Positions 50,138-58,354 of a stretch of DNA of 64,000 bases are shown here, in pieces; within the stretch, counting starts at the first letter, position 1; each line of letters opens with the position of its first letter. The stretch spans positions 24,834-88,833 of the forward strand of contig CAZNGE010000001.1 of assembly GCA_964572875.1 (NCBI GenBank), read 5' to 3'. A model generated the notes under the pieces. It saw only the letters and a list, made by a program, of their open reading frames with translations. It was not told where the DNA came from and did not search any database. Position numbers and translations under genes: made by a program. Source of the DNA: an uncultured Methanosarcinales archaeon (GTDB lineage Archaea > Nanobdellota > Nanobdellia > Woesearchaeales > UBA11576).

Positions 50138-50192
50138 CGCAATCATAAGTTTTATATACCTAACAGTCATTTCCTGAAGTTGAGGTGATATC

Positions 50193-50279
50193 ATGCCAGG
50201 ATGCTGTGCGTGTGGACCTAAAAAGAAGAAAGTTGCAAAGAAAAAGCCCGCTAAGAAGAAAGCAGTCAAGAAAAAGTAA
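50193..50279 (+). CDS. 28-aa Cys-headed Lys-rich peptide MPGCCACGPKKKKVAKKKPAKKKAVKKK
   Basis: Own TATA (TTTATATA 50151-50158), SD GAGGTGA (50182-50188) and downstream T-tract. Confidence 0.65.
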   Translation: MPGCCACGPKKKKVAKKKPAKKKAVKKK

Positions 50280-50294
50280 ATCATTTAACTTTTT

Positions 50295-50945
50295 TTATTC
50301 TTCTTTCCATCCGTCCTTACCGACCAGCGGGACGAATGCGCAGTCGCATATCTTTCTCTCTTTGAATTCATCGCCTGACCGTGTCAGCTTGACCAGTGCC
50401 TGGCCATAGGGCCCGCCGACAGGTATGACAAGCCTCCCACCGTCAACAAGTTGCTCCTTCAATGCCTCCGGCACCTTGAAGCAGGCTGCTGTCACGATTA
50501 TGGCATCATATGGCGCGTTCTTCTTCAGTCCCAGGGTTCCGTCACCGACGACGACAGTCACGTTCATGTAGCATAACTTCTTGAGCATGCTCTCCGCATG
50601 TTCCGCAAGTGCAGGTATCCGCTCCACAGAATAGACTGTCTTGGCCAGCCGGGAAAGCACCCCTGCCTGGTAGCCTGAGCCGCATCCGACCTCAAGCACC
50701 TTATCATTACCTTTCAGCTCCAGCTCCTGTGTCATCAGCGCGACGATGTAAGGCTGCGATATGGTCTGCCCTTCTGCAATAGGGAGAGGAAAGTCGCCAT
50801 ATGCTACATCCCGCAGCTCGTGCGGCAGGAACTCGTGGCGGGGGACCTCGAGCATCGCTTTCAGGACTCCAGCGTCAACTATATCGCGCGCTTTCAGCTG
50901 CGCCTCTACCATTCTCCTTCTCGGTTCCTCAAGCGCCATGCTCAT
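50295..50945 (-). CDS. pcm: Protein-L-isoaspartate O-methyltransferase
   Basis: VPRHEF, GQTISQP, VLEVGCGSGY, PYDAIIVTAA, GGRLVIPVG, FVPLVG. Confidence 0.95.
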   Translation of the reverse strand: MSMALEEPRRRMVEAQLKARDIVDAGVLKAMLEVPRHEFLPHELRDVAYGDFPLPIAEGQTISQPYIVALMTQELELKGNDKVLEVGCGSGYQAGVLSRLAKTVYSVERIPALAEHAESMLKKLCYMNVTVVVGDGTLGLKKNAPYDAIIVTAACFKVPEALKEQLVDGGRLVIPVGGPYGQALVKLTRSGDEFKERKICDCAFVPLVGKDGWKEE

Positions 50946-51082
50946 CCCTTTGTCTTGCGTATCTTCTTCTGCTTGACAAGCTTCTCATGCACAGGGAGGT
51001 CTGAGTCCGCATCCACTTCGTAAAGGTCTTCAATCTCCTCTTCGAGTTTTGTTTTTTTCTTTTTTTTTCTGAACAGATCCAT
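50942..51082 (-). CDS. 46-aa charged small protein coupled to pcm
   Basis: MDLFRKKKKKTKLEEEIEDLYEVDADSDLPVHEKLVKQKKIRKTKG. AGGTG SD; stop overlaps pcm start (ATGA). Confidence 0.55.
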   Translation of the reverse strand: MDLFRKKKKKTKLEEEIEDLYEVDADSDLPVHEKLVKQKKIRKTKG

Positions 51083-51123
51083 ATTAACACCTGCCTATCC
51101 ACTATTTAACAATTTAGCAATAT

Positions 51124-51489
51124 TCACTTCTTGAACAGCAGCCAGTTCTTAGGCCCCGCCTTCTCGAACTTCAGCAGCACGTATTCGCCTTTCAGCTTCT
51201 TCCCTTTCAGATCAAACACCATCTTTGATTTATGCTCGCTCATCATTTCATAAGTGCCTCTGTCCCATATCTTCACAGTCCCTGCTCCATACTGCCCTTC
51301 GGGTATCCTGCCCTCGAAATCAGCATAATCCAGGTCATGGTCATCTACCTGCACTGCCAGCCGTTTCACGCCGGCGGATTTCGGCGGCTCTTTCGGCACT
51401 GCCCAGCTCTTCAGCACTCCACCCATCTCCAGCCTGAAGTCCCAGTGATGGTGCGATGCCTTGTGTTCCTGGACTACGAATATTGCCAT
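51124..51489 (-). CDS. Stand-alone LigD 3'-phosphoesterase (PE) domain protein
   Basis: VQEHKASHHHWDFRLE, SWAVPK, RLAVQVDDH, YADFEG.IP..QYGAG.V.IWD.G. The longer ORF start overlaps a divergent gene and was not used. Confidence 0.9.
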   Translation of the reverse strand: MAIFVVQEHKASHHHWDFRLEMGGVLKSWAVPKEPPKSAGVKRLAVQVDDHDLDYADFEGRIPEGQYGAGTVKIWDRGTYEMMSEHKSKMVFDLKGKKLKGEYVLLKFEKAGPKNWLLFKK

Positions 51490-51574
51490 ATTGGTTACCA
51501 TGACGTCGCAATATTTAAATAATATGGTGGTATAATGGGAGGCATAACCAAAAACATATTGGGGGAGTGGAACG

Positions 51575-51826
51575 ATGCCTGAAGAAGAGATTGGGAAGAT
51601 AACGCATTTCTTCGACAAGATCAGCGTAGCAGTGCTGAGCCTTACAGGAGACCTTAAGGTAGGAGATAAGATCCGCATCGAAGCGTCTGAGCCTTTCGTC
51701 CAGACAGTATCATCGATGCAGGTAGAGCACAAGGACATCCAGGAAGCCAAGGCCGGCGATGATGTCGGCATGAAGACAGACAAGCCCTGCAGGGATGGGG
51801 ATAAGGTCATTAAGCTCACTGAATGA
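51575..51826 (+). CDS. Small beta-barrel, translation-elongation-factor domain II-like protein
   Basis: IGKITHFFDKISVAV, LKVGDKIRI, QTVSSMQVEH, EAKAGDDVGMK. Confidence 0.8.
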   Translation: MPEEEIGKITHFFDKISVAVLSLTGDLKVGDKIRIEASEPFVQTVSSMQVEHKDIQEAKAGDDVGMKTDKPCRDGDKVIKLTE

Positions 51827-51868
51827 TTTTTATTTTTCTTTTATTATGGATTAGAATTCTGCAATAAT

Positions 51869-53272
51869 CTACTTAAGCCGTATCTTCTTGCCGCCTTTCA
51901 TGCCAGGCATCCCGGGCATGCCTTTGCCGCCGCCCATGCGCTTCATCATCTTCTCCATCTGCTTCGGCGAGCCGCCGCCCAGTCCCTTGAGCGACTTGAC
52001 CATCTTCTTGCTCTGCTTGTACTGCTTGAGCAGCTCCCTTACCTCGTTCGGGTTGACGCCAGCTCCTTTCGCTATCCTGTCGATGCGCGATGTGGTCATG
52101 ACAGCGTCAGGGTCCTCCAGCTCTTCCTTAGTACATGAATCAAGTATGAACTTCCATTTCTTGAGTTTCCCTTCCTGCACCTGCAGCGCTTCCTTGGGTA
52201 TCTTGAGCCCGCCCATGCCTGGTATCATCTCCATGACCTTACCAAGGGGACCCATCTTCTTCATGGCACTCATCTGCTCGTAGAGGTCGAGAAGGTTGAA
52301 ATCTCCCTTGAGCAGCTTCTTGCCGAGGTCCTGCGCATCCTCTTCTGTTATGGCCTCGCGCGCCTTCTCAAGCAGGCCTTCGAGGTCGCCCATGCCGAGC
52401 ATCTTTCCGACAAATCTCTCTGGCGAATAGACCTCGAGGTCATCAACTTTCTCGCCGACCCCGACGAACTTGACCTTTGCCCCTGTGACTGAGCATGCTA
52501 TCAGTGCCCCGCCGCCTTTGGCGGTTCCTTCAAGCTTTGTGATTATGACTCCTGTGACATCACAGGTCTCGTGGAATATTTTTGCCTGCCGTTCTGCTGC
52601 CTGGCCGACATCCGCTCCTATGACGAGCAGCTTCTCGTCTGCCTGCACTGCCTTGTGTATGCTATTCAGCTCCTCGATGAGCTCGTCAGAGAGTGCGTCC
52701 CTTCCTGCAGTGTCGATGATTACAACGTCAAAGTCCTTGAGCTGCGGCTCAAACTCCTTGTATATCTTAGTAGGATCCTTCAGCTCTGGCTTGCCGAACA
52801 CAGGCACGTTTATCTGCGCTCCGAGCTGCCTCAGCTGCTCGAACGCCGCAGGCCTCCATGTGTCTGTAGACATCACTGCGACCTTATACCCGCGCTTCTG
52901 GTAGTACTTGGCCAGCTTTGCGGTGGTTGTGGTCTTTCCATGTCCGAAAAGCCCTACGAGCATTATCTTTGTGGGCTTCTTTGTTATCTCTATCTTCGAC
53001 TCCGACTCTCCGAGGAACCTTACAAGCTCCTCATACACCACCTTTATGAGGAACTCCTTCTTGGTCAGGCCTGCAGGCGCCTCTTCCTTCAGCACCCGTT
53101 CTTTTATCTGCTTGGTGAGGTCGAAGACCATCTTGACATTGACGTCTGACTGCAGCAATGCCCTCTGGATGTCCTTGACAAGCTCATTTACCAGCTTCTC
53201 ATCTACAAAGATTGCCTTGCCTATCTTGCCCAGTGTATCCTTCAATGAACTTCCAAGTTTTTCTAGCACCAT
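51869..53272 (-). CDS. srp54: Signal recognition particle protein SRP54
   Basis: ALLQSDVNV, GLFGHGKTTT, DTAGR, TKLEGTAKGGGA, Met-rich M domain (SRIDRIAKGAG). Confidence 0.96.
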   Translation of the reverse strand: MVLEKLGSSLKDTLGKIGKAIFVDEKLVNELVKDIQRALLQSDVNVKMVFDLTKQIKERVLKEEAPAGLTKKEFLIKVVYEELVRFLGESESKIEITKKPTKIMLVGLFGHGKTTTTAKLAKYYQKRGYKVAVMSTDTWRPAAFEQLRQLGAQINVPVFGKPELKDPTKIYKEFEPQLKDFDVVIIDTAGRDALSDELIEELNSIHKAVQADEKLLVIGADVGQAAERQAKIFHETCDVTGVIITKLEGTAKGGGALIACSVTGAKVKFVGVGEKVDDLEVYSPERFVGKMLGMGDLEGLLEKAREAITEEDAQDLGKKLLKGDFNLLDLYEQMSAMKKMGPLGKVMEMIPGMGGLKIPKEALQVQEGKLKKWKFILDSCTKEELEDPDAVMTTSRIDRIAKGAGVNPNEVRELLKQYKQSKKMVKSLKGLGGGSPKQMEKMMKRMGGGKGMPGMPGMKGGKKIRLK

Positions 53273-53334
53273 ACACCACCTTGAATAGACCTTTATTTAT
53301 AAAGGTTATTGCGCTATTGAATATATCCCAAGAC

Positions 53335-53485
53335 TGGCCAGCGCCACCGCTCTTAGCGTGTCCGCAGGCTAGCGCTAGCGTCAAATCACAGACCCTGCAC
53401 ATCTCCAGAAACATGCGCTTCGACAGAAGCAGTGGGTAAATCGTCGCTAACAGGGAAACTCAGTCTAGCAGCGTGGCGCTGGCCA
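53335..53485. repeat. Fold-back intergenic element D (dispersed family)
   Basis: Perfect 13-bp IR TGGCCAGCGCCAC/GTGGCGCTGGCCA, bulged C, then GCT/AGC. Internal TTAGCG/CGCTAA, GCAGG/CCTGC and GCTTC-GACA-GAAGC. Confidence 0.75.
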
Positions 53486-53572
53486 AACAAACTAGGGCTC
53501 TCCAGCACCTAGACCCACCCGTCAAAATCCACCACAACATTTATAAATAGAAATGCTGTCTTTTTAAGCATA

Positions 53573-54448
53573 ATGTTTTGGAAAAAAGAGGTTGCAGCTA
53601 CTCCTGTAGATAAAGGCCTGTCCAAGATACTTAAGAACGTAACTTCTCTCAACAAGCAGCCTTTGATAATGGTGAAGAACATATCCAAGAGCTACAGGAA
53701 GAAGCTCGTGCTAAAGGATGTGACGTTCGAGGTTTTCTCCGGAGACATCTTCGGCCTGGTTGGGATGAGCGGCTCAGGCAAGACGACGCTGTTCCAGATC
53801 ATGGCAGGAATGATAACCATCCAGGCAGGCGACGTTCTCATAAGGCATGACATCACAGGACCCAAGAAGAAGCAGGACCTGCCGGACTACCTTTCTGTGT
53901 TCAGGAACCCTTACATCATAAAGAGGAACTTCGGCTTCGCTTCGCAGCTTCCGTCATTCTATGAGCACCTCACTGTGGAGGAGAACCTGCAGATGTACGG
54001 CTCGCTGTACGGCCTGAAGGACAAGCGCATCAAGGAGAACACATCGCACCTTCTCGGCCTTGTGGACCTGACAGATGAGCGCGACACCATCGCAGAAGAG
54101 CTGTCAGGAGGCATGCAGCGCAGGCTTGACATCGCTTGCTCATTGATCCATGACCCGAAGGTGCTGTTCCTTGACGAGCCGACATCAGACCTGGACCCTA
54201 TAATGCGGAAGCAGATATGGAAGCTTATACTGGAGATAAATAAGAAAGGCACGACGATTGTCCTCGCTTCGCACATACTCGAGGAAGTCGAGAGCCTCTG
54301 CACAAAGGTCGCGATAATACATGACAAGAGGGTGCTGGGCTACGGCACATTGAAGGAGCTTAAGGGCATGTTCAAGAGAGGGAAGAAGAGCAAGGGCACA
54401 TTGACCGATCTTTTCGAGACTCTCGCGAAAAAATCAGAGACCGCGTGA
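53573..54448 (+). CDS. ABC transporter ATP-binding protein (ABC-2 type)
   Basis: GMSGSGKTT, LSGGMQRR, LFLDEP, ASH; TATA TTTATAAA at 53540. Confidence 0.95.
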   Translation: MFWKKEVAATPVDKGLSKILKNVTSLNKQPLIMVKNISKSYRKKLVLKDVTFEVFSGDIFGLVGMSGSGKTTLFQIMAGMITIQAGDVLIRHDITGPKKKQDLPDYLSVFRNPYIIKRNFGFASQLPSFYEHLTVEENLQMYGSLYGLKDKRIKENTSHLLGLVDLTDERDTIAEELSGGMQRRLDIACSLIHDPKVLFLDEPTSDLDPIMRKQIWKLILEINKKGTTIVLASHILEEVESLCTKVAIIHDKRVLGYGTLKELKGMFKRGKKSKGTLTDLFETLAKKSETA

Positions 54449-54452
54449 TACC

Positions 54453-56324
54453 ATGATAAAACTGCTTGAGCTGATAAAGAAGAACTTCAAGCTGCTCGTC
54501 AGGGCAAAGGTATCTGCGCTGGTGATATTCCTTGGACCTCTCCTCCTGGTCTCCCTTCTGGGACTTGCTTACAGCCAGTCGAGCGCTTTCAAGCTAAGCG
54601 CGGCAGTATACTCTGACGGATACACCCCGCTTTCCGATTCCCTGGTAGAGAAGATGATCAACCAGGACTTCAGGGTCGAGAAGCAGGCGTCATCAGAGCA
54701 CTGCATCGGCTCTGTGAAGATGGGCGAGACCCAGGCCTGCATCATATTCCCTGCAGGCATGTCTGTAGAGGAAGACAAGTCCAATGAGATAACATTCTAT
54801 GTCGATTATTCCCAGATAAACCTTGTCTGGCTAATGCTTGATGTCATGTCCGCAAGAGTGTCAGAGCGTTCTGAGGAGATATCCAAGGAGCTTACAGGTG
54901 ATATCCTTAGCAGGATGTGGTTCATAGAGGAGAAGATAAAGACCAGCAGGTCTGACGCTGCATCCATGAAGACCCAGGGAGAAACGATTACCGCGAGCAG
55001 CAGCGGGATGCAGACAGGCTTCAAGAGGCTGGACATCTCGGTGGATTTCTCAGGCATCGACCTGGAAGGGGCAAAGAACAGCAGCGCAGGGATAAAGTCG
55101 GCGCTCGCAGACATAAAGTCTCTTGCAGCCAACCTCTCAACCTCCACCAAGTCGGACTTTGGCAGCATAGAAGGCTCTGCCAACGACATCGCCTCCATGA
55201 CCAACCAGTCAGATGTCATCGCAGAGACAGATGACATAGATGATGCGGTCAACGATGTCCAGGACGCCATAGAAGCATTGGTAGAGAACGTCGACGCTGA
55301 CGCAGACAATGCATCTGGAAAGGCGGATAATGTAATTGCCGAGCTCAATGCGATAAGCCTTCTGTTGGACCAGACAAAATCAAAGATAGCCGAGGTCAAG
55401 AATAAGCGGGATGATCTCCTGACCAATTTCGACTCGCTCTCAGCGTCCATAACGACGATCAACGCGAACATAGACACATTGCAGGGCGCGCTTGACGAGG
55501 CCCTGCAGAAGATAAACGCTGTCAAGGGAAAGACTGCTGAGAGCGTAGCCGCACCTATCACGACCAGGATAGAGCCGGTCACGACGCAGAAGACCCACTT
55601 CAACTCATTGTTCCCGACATTGCTTGTTCTCGTCATAATGATAACAGGCATCCTGCTCTCTTCCACATTGATCATAGTGGACAAGAAATCAAGGGCTTTC
55701 CTGAGGAACAACTTCACCCCGACATCATACTTCACGTTCAATCTCTCTACATACATCACGAGCCTGATAGTCCTTCTGATCCAGCTCCTGCTTTTCGTCA
55801 GCGTTAGCGCGTTCTTCTTCGAGACAGATGTGCTGGCGTCAATATGGCTGATACTGCTGCTCGTTCTGCTGACCTGCACTGTGTTCGTCTGCATAGGGAT
55901 GTTCATCGGATTTCTCTTCAGTACAGAGGAGACTGTGACGCTCGCTTCCATAACCCTGGCAACGGTGTTCCTGATGTTCTCCAGCGCAGTCATACCTTTG
56001 GAGAGCCTTCCCGCTTATCTGAAGAGCATTGCCATGTTCAACCCGTTCGTCATAAGCGAGATAGCGTTCAGGCAGTCAATCATATTCCAGCTTGGCTTTT
56101 CAGAGATAATGGGCAGCCTTGGCTTCCTTGCTGCATACGCGATAGGGATATTCGCGCTTCTTATACTGACGCAGAACGCGTTGAGGAAGCTGTCTTTCAT
56201 GCATTTTACCAGGCTTCATTTCGGGTCTTCATCATTCGCCAAGAAGAAGAAAGGCAGCGCGAAACTGGTAAAGCCTGAACCTCCAAGGAAGAAGGATATA
56301 AACGAGCTCGCAGTAAAGAAATAG
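54453..56324 (+). CDS. ABC-2 permease with long coiled-coil ectodomain (YhgE/Pip-like architecture)
   Basis: One N-terminal TM, ~300-aa heptad-rich region, five C-terminal TMs with PLESLP..L..IA.FNP. Confidence 0.82.
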   Translation: MIKLLELIKKNFKLLVRAKVSALVIFLGPLLLVSLLGLAYSQSSAFKLSAAVYSDGYTPLSDSLVEKMINQDFRVEKQASSEHCIGSVKMGETQACIIFPAGMSVEEDKSNEITFYVDYSQINLVWLMLDVMSARVSERSEEISKELTGDILSRMWFIEEKIKTSRSDAASMKTQGETITASSSGMQTGFKRLDISVDFSGIDLEGAKNSSAGIKSALADIKSLAANLSTSTKSDFGSIEGSANDIASMTNQSDVIAETDDIDDAVNDVQDAIEALVENVDADADNASGKADNVIAELNAISLLLDQTKSKIAEVKNKRDDLLTNFDSLSASITTINANIDTLQGALDEALQKINAVKGKTAESVAAPITTRIEPVTTQKTHFNSLFPTLLVLVIMITGILLSSTLIIVDKKSRAFLRNNFTPTSYFTFNLSTYITSLIVLLIQLLLFVSVSAFFFETDVLASIWLILLLVLLTCTVFVCIGMFIGFLFSTEETVTLASITLATVFLMFSSAVIPLESLPAYLKSIAMFNPFVISEIAFRQSIIFQLGFSEIMGSLGFLAAYAIGIFALLILTQNALRKLSFMHFTRLHFGSSSFAKKKKGSAKLVKPEPPRKKDINELAVKK

Positions 56325-56723
56325 CCTGCTCAACAATCCTAAGCACCCAACAACCAACCACTCATTTCTACAAATAAACAATATAAATACTAAAATACTA
56401 GGTTTTAGTAAAAAAACAAACAATAATTATTATATAAAAACAAGGTTTTAGTATATGCATAGCGATCAATTCAGTCATAACCATAAGGTAAATGAGGTAA
56501 TCATCATATGTTTCAAGCTCCTTCGGAGATAGCTCGATGTCAGGGGTTGTGTATGACGCAAGTCAGGCAACCCTTGACTTTATTTTTCCAGCAAACGGGC
56601 TGCTGGACATTCACGGGGGGTATTTTACTTACCGCTTAGATGGATCTCGGCATTCTCCGAAGAACAAGAAAGAGGTAGCGAGAGCTTTGGAGGAAAATCG
56701 GAACAACACACGAAGGTGAGAAA

Positions 56724-58313
56724 ATGCAAGGCACACAACATGCATACATGGATCGGGCTATTCAGAAGGGAATCGAGCTACCTCCAGGATATCTTAATGT
56801 GCAATCAAGCACGGGAAGGGGATTTCTTGCAGAGACAAGGATCGTGCCGAAAGGCAAGATAGGCAGTATAATGCATCTGACCTACGAAGGCCTGGCTGAC
56901 AAGGTCGAGAGGAACAGCACATCAGACAGGTTCAGGACGCCTACGAGAAAGCTCCCTCAGGAGCTGATGAAGGCCAGTATATACTTGACATACGCCGGCG
57001 TCGCTGACAAGGTGGACCGCAGGCCATTGGAGGTTGTGGATGACAGCTATGACCTCGTTGACCTGCGAGACAGAGAAGCTGTGATGCAGTTCGACAGGAG
57101 AAGCGACTACAATGAATTCCTGGAGAGCAGACCTGAGCTCGGGCTCAGTCTTGAGAAATGTGTCAACAGTGAAGGCAACACAAGGTTCGCGCACATCATG
57201 AAGGACAGACCGGGCGGAATAGGCATTGTCGTTGACACTGAATACATAAGAAATGCAGTCAATGCTTCAGGACAATATTCATTCCTCATGCAGAGGAAGG
57301 ATGCGAAGAGCATGAAGAAAGCCTGGGGCATCGCCAAACAATACTTCACAAAGGACGCACTGAAGAAGGCGAGGAAGGACATCGCCAGGAAGATTTATGT
57401 GAATCTTGTAGAGAAAGGCGACTGGAACAGCCTGAAGAAGGCCATGCAGGTCGCTGTCAAGTATTTCGACAGCGTCCAGAGCAAGGAAGCGAGCAGGATC
57501 ATCGATACGCACCTGGATACCCGTGCAGTGGCGATGGCTGACGATGCCATATCAGGATGCCTGAAGCTGGAGACATCAAAGGAAGTTTACAATCGCCTTG
57601 TGAACATCAACAAGCCTTCGACCCTCTCCAAGGCGCTGGACATAGCGAAGCTTTACATGAACCGGGAGGCTGTAGAAGACACCGCCGACCTGCTCAGGCA
57701 GCACCTTGAGCTGAAGCGCATGGACAGGGAGCGTGACACCCGCATTGAGATGAAAAAGGTCCAGGCAAAGCAGGGTACGAAAGTTATGGAAAGTCGGCAG
57801 CTTTTGAAGCCAATCCTCTACATGCCTGTGAAAGACAACCAGCCCGGACGGGAGTCCATCGAAGAACAGGCACGAGAGAGTGCTGATGCACATATAGAGA
57901 GAGGGATTGATGCGAAGCTGGCAGAAGATGCAGAAAAGTTCTTCAGGAAGACAATAACAAGAGAAGGGCGCAAGCTGCTGCATGAATTCCAGACAGCGCA
58001 TAATAATACGCCTGTCACAAAGAAGGTGTCGGTTGAAGAGACCAGAGGGTACATGATGTCCACCCTGCCGCCGCACCCGGACCTGGAGACATTCCTTGCT
58101 CCACCGACCATGAACGAGATTAAAGGACGGAAAAAAGTCGCCAGGATGGAATCTACCCTACCGCCGCGCCCTCTTCTTGAGGGTGCCGCGGAACCAAGGC
58201 ATGAACAGAAGCATTTCAAGAGGGCATACAACAGACCCATGAACACCGGCGAGCCTGTTACAAAAAGGATAGTCCTTACGCCTGAGATGAAGAAGGTTTT
58301 GAGAGCTGCCTGA
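56724..58313 (+). CDS. Hypothetical protein with several internal repeats
   Basis: 529-aa ORF preceded by GGTGA SD; duplicated motifs visible. Confidence 0.75.
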   Translation: MQGTQHAYMDRAIQKGIELPPGYLNVQSSTGRGFLAETRIVPKGKIGSIMHLTYEGLADKVERNSTSDRFRTPTRKLPQELMKASIYLTYAGVADKVDRRPLEVVDDSYDLVDLRDREAVMQFDRRSDYNEFLESRPELGLSLEKCVNSEGNTRFAHIMKDRPGGIGIVVDTEYIRNAVNASGQYSFLMQRKDAKSMKKAWGIAKQYFTKDALKKARKDIARKIYVNLVEKGDWNSLKKAMQVAVKYFDSVQSKEASRIIDTHLDTRAVAMADDAISGCLKLETSKEVYNRLVNINKPSTLSKALDIAKLYMNREAVEDTADLLRQHLELKRMDRERDTRIEMKKVQAKQGTKVMESRQLLKPILYMPVKDNQPGRESIEEQARESADAHIERGIDAKLAEDAEKFFRKTITREGRKLLHEFQTAHNNTPVTKKVSVEETRGYMMSTLPPHPDLETFLAPPTMNEIKGRKKVARMESTLPPRPLLEGAAEPRHEQKHFKRAYNRPMNTGEPVTKRIVLTPEMKKVLRAA

Positions 58314-58354
58314 TCCCGATAATAGCTTATTCTATTCTTATTTTGTTCTCTTCC

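Noticed and set aside
51490..51819. N-terminal extension of the 231-aa LigD-PE ORF
   Set aside because: Overlaps a divergent gene and its promoter; homology starts at MAIFVVQEH.
56537..56719. 60-aa ORF upstream of the repeat orphan
   Set aside because: The best SD/ATG (56508) is in another frame; cannot decide which, if either, is real.
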